Shown: positions 1-13,215, counted from the first letter of the whole stretch. The stretch is 63,567 nt of DNA, filler included, from Octopus bimaculoides (GCF_001194135.2; 7 parts of 6 records of this genome joined end to end with filler, not necessarily neighbours in it); one strand, 5' to 3'. The notes: generated by a model from the sequence alone, not told the origin. A program made the numbers and translations.

Positions 1-97
1 TGTGTGTGTGTGTGCATGTGTATATTTGTGTTTGTGTGTGTATATTTGTATGTATGTGTGTATATGTGTGCGTATGTGTATGCATATATATGTGCCT

Positions 98-290
98 GCC
101 GGTGGCACGTAAGAGCACCCACTACACTCTCGGAGTGGTTGGCGTTAGGAAGGGCATCCAGCTGTAGAAACTCTGCCAGATCAGATTGGAGCCTGGTGTA
201 GCCATCCGGTTGCACCAGTCCTCAGTCAAATCGTCCAACCCATGCTAGCATGGAAAGCGGACGCTAAACGATGATGATGATGATGATGAT
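98..290 (+). mobile_element. SINE-like interspersed repeat, family A (ends in CCAACCCATGCTAGCATGGAAAGCGGACGTTAAAC plus (GAT)n)
   Basis: Near-identical copies recur at 991-1306 (-), 3880-4150 (+), 12800-13215 (-) and 18035-18180 (+). Confidence 0.85.
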
Positions 291-990
291 ATCTATGCCC
301 TGTTTTCTATATCGCTCTGTGTAAAAAAAAAAATACATATATATATATATACACACACAAACGCGCATATATACACAAATATAAACATTTATAAACATAC
401 AAATACACATATGTATAGATATACATACAAATACATTTAAAGAGTGGAGGTAAAGAATACGCACACCCGGAGGTTAGGTTTACGCCGAAAATCGGGTATT
501 AGTTTTACCTTCGCCCATTTAAAGATACATATTGAGAGAGAGAGAGAGTGATTGAGATAGACAGACACGGAGAGAGAGAGCAAGAGTGAGAGAGACACCA
601 TATTCGTGTCCAGCGAAGCTATTTACGATGGGATTTCCCCAACTTTATAAATAGGTCAGATTCCAAGATACTTCTGAACTTCCAGGGTAAACAGAAAACC
701 ACGTGATCACTGCTTGTCAGGGTATATATATATGGGTATATAAAACCGAAACCACACAATGGTAAATCGCTGCATTTTACACGGAGAGAGCGCTATATAT
801 ATAGATGCATTTATACACAACTTCCATACAGACACAATTATATATATATATTTATACACACTCACAGATATTGATTTATACGCACGTATATATACACCAA
901 AGAAAAGATGAGAAAAAAGAAGGTATTTCAACATTTTCTGTCTCTTTTTTCATACATTACACACCCTCTCTCTCTCTCACTGTGTATATA

Positions 991-1306
991 TCATCATCAT
1001 CATCACTTAACGTCCGTTGTCCATGGTGACATGGGTTGGACGGTTTGACCAGGGCTAGTAAGCCAAGGGGCTGTACCAGATTCCAGACTGGTTTGGTTAA
1101 GGTTTCGACGGCTGGATGCCCTTCCTAACGCTAACCACTCCAAGAGTGTAATGGGTGCTTTTGTGTGCCAGTTGCGTGACACCAGCATCTACCAGAACTG
1201 TGATTTCATTTGGGGGGCTTCATGGGTCTTCTTCTCAAGCACGGCATGTTGCCAAGGGTCTCGGTCATTTGCCATTGCTTCCGTGAGGCCCAACGCTTGA
1301 ACGGGG
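991..1306 (-). mobile_element. SINE-like repeat, family A
   Basis: Reverse complement of the 98-290 element, with its (ATC)n tail at 991. Confidence 0.8.
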
Positions 1307-3303
1307 CATGTGTTTAGCGAAATCTCAATATCACCCAGCATTCAGAATGAGGACCAATATCCGGCTGGTTATTCTTTTTTTTCTTCTATTATTTGTTTGT
1401 CATTTGACTGCGGCCATGCTGAAGCACCGCCTTTTAGTCGAACAAATCGGCCCCAGGACATATTCTTTGTAAGCCTAGTACTTATTCGATCGGTCTCTTT
1501 TTTGCCGAATCGGTAAGTTACGGCCACAGTCAAATGACGAAACAAGTATATATATATATATATATATACATACATATATATACAATTAAACCTTGGGAGA
1601 GGCATTATCCCGGTAATAAACACACGCACTGGTTCAGTCCTTTATTAATTTATNNNNNNNNNNNNNNNNNNNNNNNNNNNNNNNNNNNNNNNNNNNNNNN
1701 NNNNNNNNNNNNNNNNNNNNNNNNNNNNNNNNNNNNNNNNNNNNNNNNNNNNNNNNNNNNNNNNNNNNNNNNNNNNNNNNNNNNNNNNNNNNNNNNNNNN
1801 NNNNNNNNNNNNNNNNNNNNNNNNNNNNNNNNNNNNNNNNNNNNNNNNNNNNNNNNNNNNNNNNNNNNNNNNNNNNNNNNNNNNNNNNNNNNNNNNNNNN
1901 NNNNNNNNNNNNNNNNNNNNNNNNNNNNNNNNNNNNTATATATATTTGATTAATAAATTCAAAAAAGGATAAAAATCTTTTACAAGAATTTTATCAGGAA
2001 GCCAGTGTGTAAAAAAATTCATAAGGGAAATTTCTATTCCCAAGAATATAATTATTCGTTTATATTTATATAAGGGCATTACTACAGAATAATGCCTGTT
2101 GTGTGGCATTATTCTGTAGTAATACCCTTATATAAATATATATATATATGCCTATCAGTGTTGGTTTGTTTACTACCCCATGATGCAGCAGTTTGGCAAA
2201 AAAAAGGCACCAGGCTTAGAACTAAGTATTGAAGTTGACTCCAGCATGGCCACAGACCAAAGACTGAACAAAATACATATGTATATACATGTATGTGTGT
2301 GTGTGTGTGTGTATCTTCCCGCCACCACCTTCCACGCCACTTGACAACCAATGTTGGTGCGTTTGCATCCCCGTAACTTAGTGGTTCGGCAAAATAGAAT
2401 GACAGAATAAGAACCAAGCTTAAAAAAGAAAAAAAAGTACTAGGGGTTGATTCATTCAACTAAAATTCTTCATGATGATGCTCCAGTTTGGCCGCTGTCA
2501 TTTCACTGAAACAAGTAAAAATATAAGCATAAATTTAGGTGTTTTCCGTAAGTTTCACTTTCGATTGGGCGAGATTGAACGACATGTAGGTTTGCTCTTT
2601 ATCATCCAATCATTTAAATGCTTTCGGTTTCTCTGCCTAAGGGGAATTCCACGGTCCGTTCAAATGTTTGCTCCGCAATCAGTATACCGTGGCACACTGA
2701 GGTACCGCAGTGTAGCCTGAATATAATTTTTCCTCCTATACTTTCAGATATATTTTTAGTTCAGGTGTGCCACCGAATTTTGAAAAGAGTATAAGTGTAA
2801 CGCAGGTGGGGTGGAAAAAAAAAAAGACCGCGGAGCATTGATTTAGAATACTCACAGCATTTATTATTATAAAACATGTACCCGTTGAACACTGGGGGTG
2901 AATGTGATTAACTGGTCCCCTCCTCCACCAAAAATGGCTGCCCTTGTCGAAAAATCTGAAACCGTTAACATTATTATTATTGAGTGAGAGAGCAGAGCAT
3001 GCCATCAAAGTGACACTGGGGTACAAATATATGAAGCCCAGTATACCCATCATGACTACCTGTCTGATAAGGGTACACCAGGTACACAGGGGACGTAAAC
3101 ACACCAGCATCGGTTGTCAAGCGATGTTGGGGGGACAAACACAGACACACATATATAAACTAAATAAATGACACGCTATAGTCAAAGACCGCCCTTTGGC
3201 CGGGAGGGACATTAAAGTCAAAGACTGCCTAGTAAGATTAATACTTATACTTACTTTGAACTTCAATCATATATCAACTATACAATTGTTTCGGCTTTCT
3301 TCT

Positions 3304-3549
3304 TTAAGCACAGGCCGTCTGGAGTTTGGCGACATGGCTCACCTTTTCAGTTTGCATGAAGTCCTCAACATCATATATAACTTTAATGACCAGGGAACAG
3401 CCAGGGCAAGTGGCATCGGTTTCGCCATTTTCTAAGTCTTCCAAGCTGATCTCGAACCTGTCTCCGCATGGACACGGGAAGTGGTAGATTTCGGCCTCTT
3501 CGTCGTATTCCATGTCTTCGATTTCAATCTCGTCGTGGTAGACAACCAT
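3304..3549 (-). CDS. DPH3: Diphthamide biosynthesis protein 3 (DPH3/KTI11, CSL zinc-finger protein), complete single-exon CDS, 81 aa
   Basis: ATG at 3549, TAA at 3304-3306. The sequence [59 protein letters not shown] matches the DPH3 signature (YDEIEIEDM...PCPCGD.F.I...L..GE..A.CP.CSL.I.VIY), and all four Cys ligands are intact. Confidence 0.97.
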   Translation of the reverse strand: MVVYHDEIEIEDMEYDEEAEIYHFPCPCGDRFEISLEDLENGETDATCPGCSLVIKVIYDVEDFMQTEKVSHVAKLQTACA

Positions 3550-3879
3550 TATTCCTGAAGCTGGGGCCTTCCTCTCGAAAGGATGGGGAAGAAAGGAGGG
3601 AGTATGCGAAAAAAAAAAAAAAAAAAAAAAAGAATGTGGCTTCTTCTTACGAGGTGGTCTCTCGAACAGCTAGAAATAACAGCCAAACTTCTTTTCACAG
3701 TCTTTTACTTTTTCCAAAATACCAAGGACACGTTAGGTAAAGAGGTTCTAGATGTAAACAATCTGAAAGAAAAAAAGAAAGACAAGATGGTCACGGTTGG
3801 AACGGCTAACCAACGTGGAGAGCTTCAACACGATCAGTAGCTAGTTTGACTAACTGCCCCATAAGAAACTGGTTTCCTG

Positions 3880-4150
3880 AGTCATGAAAAATCTTTTGTC
3901 TTTAACTCGTTTCAATCAGCAGACTGAGGCCATGCTGGGGCAACGCCCTGAAGGCGGGGGAGGGGGGTTTGTCAAACAGATCAACCCCAGAACTTATTTT
4001 GTCCTTTGCAGGTGTCAGTGCACGTTAGGAAGGGCATCCGGCCATAGAAACCATACCAAAACAGACAACTGGAGTCTGGACAGCTCCTGTAAAAAATGTC
4101 CAACCCATGCCAGCATGGAAAACAGATGTTAAACGATGATGATGATGATG
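3880..4150 (+). mobile_element. SINE-like repeat, family A (composite/diverged)
   Basis: GTTAGGAAGGGCATCCGGCC...CCAACCCATGCCAGCATGGAAAACAGATGTTAAAC(GAT)n. Confidence 0.75.
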
Positions 4151-5791
4151 CCAATGCTGAAAAACAGTTTGATATGGCTTCATGTGACGAAGTTTCACAG
4201 ACTTCGAATAAAAACCCATCTCATTTAAGTATAGATTACGGAATGAAGGAACCTAAAAAGTCCAAGATGGTCACAGGAAAATTGGCTGCCTTTGGCCATT
4301 GATTTGGGCAGAATTCTGGTTTAAACACCCCCATATAACCTCTCGTAGCTACTTTATCTTTTGGGAATTTTCAGTTATGTAGCCAGTGAGATATAAATAT
4401 CATTTCATATTCACAGTAAATTATGAGTTACTATTAGTTTTACCCTGTGGAAACACAATAAACCGGTAAATTTATAAGCCATGCCTTATGACTCCAAGAA
4501 TCTTTCAAGCTCAAAATACGCAAGTGGGGCCCTAAAGTGTAGTTATACTTTTTAAAGACACGCGGCATAATGCATAAATCTACGAGTTTTGTGATCACTG
4601 TGCGAAGGGTGTCGCGAAAGGCCTGGTTGGAGGCCCAACCTTTATAGGGCTTAGAAAAACGTAAGGACCACTGCAGCAAGTGTGTGAATCTGAGAGGGGG
4701 AATGTGTTGAATAAAATCATAATTAACAGATCGTCCGTATATATATATATGTATATCCACATTGAGTTAAATATTGCATTTTGATATTAATATTGCTTCC
4801 TTCGCGATTAATTATATAATAGATCGATAGATCCTTGGATCTTAGTTGTGTGTATATAAATGTAAAATCGAAGAATCGGGGTGTAGGAACAAAGTGAGCT
4901 TCAAGCAATCCGTAGAATATACAAAAAGGCAACTTTAAATATATATTTATATGTAGTTAAACACCGACCATGCGTGCGCGAATTCATCGATTTATAAACA
5001 GTATTAAATAGCGAGGGATACCTACCATGAAATATCTTGTGTCTACTTGATGATCCTATATATGTAATATATATTCTAAATACACACACACCGAAAGTTC
5101 TTCCGTTGATCATTCGTATATTGTGTATTAAAACATTTTTAAGCCTTTAATTACGACATATTTCAACCACATGAAGTCAGCATGGACACAGCTGACGGAG
5201 ACAGGAAGCGGGAGTCGCAGTAAACTGTTACCACCGCAACCACCACCACCACCACCACCACAACTATCTCGCTACTCTCTCTGTCCCTCTCGTCTTTCTA
5301 TTACTCTATTACATTCTCTTCCTCTCTTGCTCCCTCTCCTCTTTCTTTTCTCCTTAAACTCTGTCACTCCTCTTTTTCTCTCCCTCTCCTTCTTCCTTTC
5401 TTTCTCTCTTAACACTACGGATGGTCAAAACTGTCCAAATTTGTCCCTTTTGGGAGTGGTTTCTCAACTGGTTACCACCACTATCACATTAGCTCTCCTC
5501 TTTCTTTCCCTCCCATACTCTCTCTCTCTTTTTTTTTTAAACTCTGTCCGCATTCCACTTAAACTACGGATGGCCGAAGCTGTCAGAATTTCAGAGTTAG
5601 TTTTCTCGTAGGAGTGCTAACGAATGTAAGAGAATGTTCTTTTCAGTCTCCCCTGTCTAGCTTTCAGGTAGTTACCTCCAACTAGACTCACTACAAGGCA
5701 CTAGTCGGCCCAAGGATGTAATAGTTTCCTCAGGCTCGAAACCACAGTCTCTATCAAACTAATATTGTATATAATCTTCCAATTCATGGAT

Positions 5792-5886
5792 GATTTCGAA
5801 ATCCATATTTGTAGACAATTACTTAATGCCTACGTTTCCTATGCATCTCCGATCAGCCCCGTCTTATTTGGGACTGATGAGAAGTC
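5792..5886 (+). ncRNA. Candidate type II hammerhead ribozyme-like fold
   Basis: Stem II GATTTC(5792-97)/GAAGTC(5881-86); GAAA core at 5798-5801; stem III ATCCATA/TATGCAT with one C:C mismatch; AUC cleavage triplet at 5845-47; stem I TCC/GGA; CTGATGA core at 5874-80. Stem I is short and competing hairpins exist. Confidence 0.4.
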
Positions 5887-6554
5887 CGTAAAATACGGTT
5901 ACATTAAATCAATCATCGCTAAACTTTTTCGACCATCGACACCCTTTAGTCACTTCTCCTTCCGCATCGATCAACCTCCTCATTTAAAATATCTTAATAC
6001 CCTACCGTACTGTACCATATCGAAACAGATAAAGCGTGACAAGCCATGATCCTGGCCCAGATAGACGCATTTAATTCATGGGCGTTTCTTGGGGTCTCAT
6101 GTTACTCAAACGCTCCGGTAGCCACCAGAGTGCAAGAGGAATAATAAATAGTTCAACTAATGACTTTTCAGATGATGTATAAAACTTGCCCCCATTATAT
6201 ACTAAGAAGATATTTTAACTAATTTTTGTTTTTTACGTGTGCATGGTGGTCTCATTTTCATCAAATGTACTCTGCAGTCCATGCTATGTAAGCGCTAAAT
6301 CCCAGCGCTTTACGGACAAAATACCTGTAAGCATTTAATAAACAAATGGAATATGCCTGTAATTATATATATAATTCAAGTCAGTATTGATGCAAAACCT
6401 AATGTTTAATAATATTCTGATAAATGATTTTCAGTGGACCGACCGCTGCAATATTCTTATCAGGGACCAACAGTAACAAAGAGATTTGTTTAGTTCTACA
6501 CCGTTATAAGTGACGTCATTAAAGGAAGGGAGATGACTGTCGTATATATATATA

Positions 6555-6591
<37 letters not shown>

Positions 6592-6592
6592 G

Positions 6593-6629
<37 letters not shown>

Positions 6630-9600
6630 NNNNNNNNNNNNNNNNNNNNNNNNNNNNNNNNNNNNNNNNNNNNNNNNNNNNNNNNNNNNNNNNNNNNNNN
6701 NNNNNNNNNNNNNNNNNNNNNNNNNNNNNNNNNNNNNNNNNNNNNNNNNNNNNNNNNNNNNNNNNNNNNNNNNNNNNNNNNNNNNNNNNNNNNNNNNNNN
6801 NNNNNNNNNNNNNNNNNNNNNNNNNNNNNNNNNNNNNNNNNNNNNNNNNNNNNNNNNNNNNNNNNNNNNNNNNNNNNNNNNNNNNNNNNNNNNNNNNNNN
6901 NNNNNNNNNNNNNNNNNNNNNNNNNNNNNNNNNNNNNNNNNNNNNNNNNNNNNNNNNNNNNNNNNNNNNNNNNNNNNNNNNNNNNNNNNNNNNNNNNNNN
7001 NNNNNNNNNNNNNNNNNNNNNNNNNNNNNNNNNNNNNNNNNNNNNNNNNNNNNNNNNNNNNNNNNNNNNNNNNNNNNNNNNNNNNNNNNNNNNNNNNNNN
7101 NNNNNNNNNNNNNNNNNNNNNNNNNNNNNNNNNNNNNNNNNNNNNNNNNNNNNNNNNNNNNNNNNNNNNNNNNNNNNNNNNNNNNNNNNNNNNNNNNNNN
7201 NNNNNNNNNNNNNNNNNNNNNNNNNNNNNNNNNNNNNNNNNNNNNNNNNNNNNNNNNNNNNNNNNNNNNNNNNNNNNNNNNNNNNNNNNNNNNNNNNNNN
7301 NNNNNNNNNNNNNNNNNNNNNNNNNNNNNNNNNNNNNNNNNNNNNNNNNNNNNNNNNNNNNNNNNNNNNNNNNNNNNNNNNNNNNNNNNNNNNNNNNNNN
7401 NNNNNNNNNNNNNNNNNNNNNNNNNNNNNNNNNNNNNNNNNNNNNNNNNNNNNNNNNNNNNNNNNNNNNNNNNNNNNNNNNNNNNNNNNNNNNNNNNNNN
7501 NNNNNNNTAATGCGTCATAAAAAAAAAGCGGTTACATATAAAGCGGAAAAAAGTTTCACAATTCCTTTTGAAATTTTTTAAAAATTGCGTTAATTATTAT
7601 CTTTAATTATCCCATAAATAATTAATTTTAAAAATAAATTTTGCTGTGATTATTAAGTGAAATGTCATAAAAAGCCTACACAAGTTTCATGATTTCTCTT
7701 AAGAAATTTTTTTTATTAATTGCTTTAATCATTATCATTAATTATCTTATGATAATCATAATAATTAATTCGTTTTATTGGCCACAAGGGCCAATATCAA
7801 TCAAAAACATGTAAGGACAAAGATAGGACGAAGGTTACAAAGGGTTTTGTCCGAAAAGTAGAAAAACGTTCGTGTAAACAGAGGAAATTATAATAATAAT
7901 AATAAATTTTTACGCGGAAATATTGTAGCAATTTTAGTTAACTGAGAATTTAAAAGCTTAATGTATGCGTATTATAGAGAGAGAGCGTACATATAAAAAA
8001 AAACCCGGAATACTAATCGAAGAAACGAAAAACGAAACAGGATAACGCACTGTATCCTCCCACTTTGCGCAAAAATAAAATATGTGATTTTATGAAAATG
8101 TTTCGAAGTCCCAATCATTAATTGATATCGATAACGGCGCATTTTTACTAATTACAGAATTTTATGTTTTGTTGTATTTTTTTTCTGAATAAATTGCTTT
8201 TTTTTCCGATGGTGGTGGTGGGGATAAAATGAGACGAAGGGAGTGTGTGCGAAATTCGGGCGGAATGAATACCACAAGGTATTGTTGTTCGACGCACCGG
8301 TTTAAATGGTAATTTTTTTTTATATATATTGTTCTACTCATTCGATGATGTGTGCAAAACCAGATATCGCCTGCACTTTTTTCCAACCGATATAAGCATA
8401 TATATATATGATTATATATTTATATATATATCTATACGCATACATATATACGGGGCTTCCTCGCAGTTTCCGTCCACTCGCAATTTTTGTATTGGTCATC
8501 CCAAGGTGCCCTCTTGGCTTTCTGCGACAACCATAAAATTGAACTCAGGACGGCATAGTTGTAATAGGCAAAACTACTTTACACACACGCATTTATTTAT
8601 TTATTTATTTTATCTTTCCTCCTCCCTCTCTTTTCTCACCAAATTCTTTTCTACCCCTAAGTGAACTTATTGCTGTTGTTGTATAACCCCAGGTGAGCCT
8701 TTAAAATCTTGCACACTTCTGATCCGACGACAATTTCTATCCATACTTTATTATTATTATTGTCATTATTATTATTATTATTATTATTATTACCCACCTC
8801 ACCTTGGACGTTGTATGTAACAAGGGCTGTATCATCTAATTTGTCCTTTTAATTTTTTTTCTCTCTCTTTAAAAAAAAACGATGTGGAGTGATTTGTGGG
8901 AGATTTGGCTGCTATTTCTAACATGTCGGACGACCATATACAGGCCTTCCTTATTGGCTCGAGTCAACGAAGGAAAAAAGCCCTCCTCTATGTCGTCACT
9001 CGGCTTGCTAGAAATAGCAACCAATTTTCTTTTCCAAATTATACCTAAATATGTATTTATTAAAAAAAAAAATGGATAAGTTAAACAAAAATTGACAATA
9101 TTTCTGGAATTAAGTTAGGACGATTATGGCCGCAACTGGACGACGTAGTGGTCGAGTAGTTAAGAAGGTCGCTTCTCAATCATAAAGTCCTGAGTTTGAT
9201 CTTACACCATGGCATCCTTGGACAGTTTATTTTTTTTTTAACCATAGCCTCGAGTTGACCCCAAACTTTGTGAGTGTTATCGGTTTGATGGAAACTGCGG
9301 AAAAGCTCATCGCGTGGATTTGTTTACCTGTAATTTTAAGGACCCAGTCTTGCCAGACATTCTAAGTCACCTATCGTTTCTACCTGGAAAGATTGGATTT
9401 ACCTTAAGGGGACCGGCAGAAGTGTGAACTTCTTAACACCATGTTACGTACAAAACGGATTGCATCCTGTGATTCAAAGGCACAAGCCTTGTCACACATG
9501 TGTACCTGCCATGCTGTTTCTGCCTGTGGATTACGCCAGGGGTACATGTCCGACTATGGAGTACTCGACCATGCTCACTGAAAGACCATCTGTAATTCAA

Positions 9601-11209
9601 AGTACCTACTTTTCCCCGCTGTTTCTGCTCGAGGAAGGGCACACCTATCTGTGGAATCTTCAGCCATTCTCATTTAACTTTATCTAATTCAAAGGATCCA
9701 ATGTCTTTTTTTTTTTTACCTTTCTTCATGTGGATTCCGCTCCAAGGATTTATATTAAGGATATACGTACTCGTGAAGTACTCAATGATATTCTCAATTA
9801 TATAATATACCACTGAGTAGGCGAATTCGTGTGAAGGAATCACACACAACTGGAATTAATGATATACTCAGCGAAATATCACTCATGTTTGAGTATTTTT
9901 TTATGGTTACGCACGGTGAGCAATACTTAACCTCACAATATGATACTTTGTTACACCTTATTAGCTACGCATGGCCAGTTGATCGAACCAATTACGACCA
10001 GCAACCTGAACTGAAATGCCCAGTCTTCGAATGGATATTTGGGTATTTTGTGAAGAGTACACACTGCCCATAAAACGCTCAGCCATTTGATAGATACAAC
10101 ACTGTGTGATTCACAATGGACCATACAAGCTCAGTTGGTCAGATCGAAGAGAATTGGAAATAGATTAATATACTTATGTACTCCGAAATTGAGTATTTTG
10201 TGTAGGGTACGCGTGTGCGTGCAGTGAAATGTCCAACCACAGACCTAACACGGCAGAATACAGCACCATGTCGCTATGCAATGTCGAAATGGATTAGGCA
10301 AGCTCGATTACATGAACCGGACAAGAACGAACGAAAGGAAATAGAATTGAGATGAGTTTCAGATTCATCGACGAAACAACGACGAAGGAGTGTTGGGTTT
10401 TCGTTTGGATTTACAAATACAGCACTTCTGTACATCCGTAGTAAACCACCACCGCCACCACTATCGTAAAACAACAAGAGAGCGGGGTGAAAGACAGATA
10501 GACAAAGAGAGAGTAAACGATAGAGAAAGACGGACAGAGAGGGAGTGAAAGATAGATAGAGAGAGAGAGAGAAGGCAGCCTTCATCTTTCTTTTCTACTC
10601 CAAGTCGTCCTTCTTCCTTTCTGGCCGTTATTTTAAGCAAAGAGAAGACAACTAAATTTCACCATTTCACGTATAACGTGTTCCGGAATTCCCGGGTAAG
10701 ACCATTTTGAAGTAATTTTCGTCACTTTCATTTAATTTCATTTATATTTTATACCCTTTTAATGTCCAAGTTGCTGCACCCCTATCAGCTGGGATGGCCC
10801 CGATGTCTCAACGCTACGGCACCACGGCCCCTATTGCCCACAAACAACCCTTGTCTGCCTCTGTTAAGGTATCCATAAGGACCGGGGTTACCTTCTGAAA
10901 TGAGTTTAGATCCTGTTGTGTCATCGGCCTCGCATTTTCATATTTTCATTTATTTAATCTTCTTGATCGCTTTCATATATATGTTTAATTAATTATGTAA
11001 TTAAATTGAATTTGTTAATTAATTAAGTCATAGGTGTTTGTATTCATGTATTGGTTCGTTTTCCTTCTTCATCTGTATATATTTATACATTCGTGCATAT
11101 ATATATATATATGTGTGTGTGTATATTATATACACTTCGATTGCTATACACAATCTATTGACAAATATACGATTGCATATTTTTTCTGATTTATGGAATC
11201 TTAGACGGC

Positions 11210-11241
<32 letters not shown>

Positions 11242-12440
11242 CTTATATATATATAATGTACACGTACAGATATACGTACGTACGATCGTATGTGTGTGAA
11301 AGTACTGGGGCGATCTATTTGATTAATGTCCTTTAAGGCGGTGCTCCAACGTGGCCGCAGATCAATGAATAAACAAATAAAAGATAAGACACATATATAC
11401 ACAATGGCTGGAAAAGCAGTTAGGTGAAATTCGGAGTGACAAACAGAGTGATTAAAATTCCTGTTTTCCTTCTATTATAAACTCTACGTTTCGTATTTAA
11501 TACTTCACCACTCCCTGTTTTTTTTTTTTTGCGTGTGTGTGCATATACATATACACACATCTGGTGATAGTAACAGGAAAAATACAACACAAAATGAGGA
11601 TATATATAAGCATTTTTAACATAAATAATTGGCAGGAGTTTGATCAAAACGTGTGTGTGTGTATATATACATATATTTATTTCTACACACATGCGCAGGC
11701 ATATCCGCATATATCTCTCCATATTTATTTGACGTGTTTCACCTATGCGGCTGCGATCATGCTGGAGCACCACACACGCATATATATATATATATATANN
11801 NNNNNNNNNNNNNNNNNNNNNNNNNNNNNNNNNNNNNNNNNNNNNNNNNNNNNNNNNNNNNNNNNNNNNNNNNNNNNNNNNNNNNNNNNNNNNNNNNNNN
11901 NNNNNNNNNNNNNNNNNNNNNNNNNNNNNNNNNNNNNNNNNNNNNNNNNNNNNNNNNNNNNNNNNNNNNNNNNNNNNNNNNNNNNNNNNNNNNNNNNNNN
12001 NNNNNNNNNNNNNNNNNNNNNNNNNNNNNNNNNNNNNNNNNNNNNNNNNNNNNNNNNNNNNNNNNNNNNNNNNNNNNNNNNNNNNNNNNNNNNNNNNNNN
12101 NNNNNNNNNNNNNNNNNNNNNNNNNNNNNNNNNNNNNNNNNNNNNNNNNNNNNNNNNNNNNNNNNNNNNNNNNNNNNNNNNNNNNNNNNNNNNNNNNNNN
12201 NNNNNNNNNNNNNNNNNNNNNNNNNNNNNNNNNNNNNNNNNNNNNNNNNNNNNNNNNNNNNNNNNNNNNNNNNNNNNNNNNNNNNNNNNNNNNNNNNNNN
12301 NNNNNNNNNNNNNNNNNNNNNNNNNNNNNNNNNNNNNNNNNNNNNNNNNNNNNNNNNNNNNNNNNNNNNNNNNNNNNNNNNNNNNNNNNNNNNNNNNNNN
12401 NNNNNNNNNNNNNNNNNNNNNNNNNNNNNNNNNNNNNNNN

Positions 12441-12473
<33 letters not shown>

Positions 12474-12799
12474 GATATACACGGTATATGTATATAATTC
12501 ACTTTTGTTTTTATAAATTTCCTAGAAACTCCAAGCTTACACTGTTGTATGTGTGTATGTATACATATACACACACACACATTCACCCTTCTAGATCTAT
12601 CTTGAAATATTAACTGTGCCTGGGTGATGTATACTCATGTTTATATATCCTATAAATGCTCACAACACACCTGGAAAGTTTGCAGGTGATGTAACAGTTT
12701 GCAGGTGATGTAACAGGAATTATATATTAGAAAAAATAATAATCAGGTACTCAGATGTCTGGATGGTTGTATATTTACAGATTTTTATTCATATGTCAC

Positions 12800-13215
12800 A
12801 TCATCATCGTCGTTTAACGTCCGCTTTCCATGCTAGCATGGGTTGGACGATTTGACTGAGGACTGGTGAGACCAGATGGCTACACCAGGCTCCAATCTGA
12901 TTTGGCAGAGTTTCTACAGCTGGATGCCCTTCCTAACGCCAACCACTCAGAGAGTGTAGAGGATGCTTTTACGTGCCACCGGCACGAAGGCCAGTCAGGC
13001 GGTACTGGCAACGGCCATGCTCAAAATGGTGTATTTTATGTGCCACCCGCACAAGAGCCAGTCCAGGGGCACTGGCATCGATCTCGCTCGAAAGTCCTTA
13101 CACATGCCACTGGCACAAGTGCCAGAAAGGCGATGCTGGGCACAGGTGCCATCACAATTTCGCTTTCGCTTGCCCCAATAAGTCTTCGCAAGCTGAGTTT
13201 CGTGTCCAATGATGT
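12800..13215 (-). mobile_element. SINE-like repeat, family A (long copy)
   Basis: CATCATCATCGTCGTTTAACGTCCGCTTTCCATGCTAGCATGGGTTGG... is the reverse complement of 98-290 and extends further 5'. Confidence 0.85.

Noticed and set aside
4440-4760. 106-aa minus-strand ORF upstream of DPH3
   Set aside because: No homology recognised; it may be DPH3 5'UTR or intron sequence.
5765-6049. 94-aa ORF
   Set aside because: No recognisable domain, no ATG at its start and no convincing splice sites; the region is better explained, if at all, by RNA structure.
9424-9700. Possible LINE 3' remnant (…YLWNLQPFSF…FKG)
   Set aside because: Resemblance to the LWNSLP motif is too weak to call without a search.
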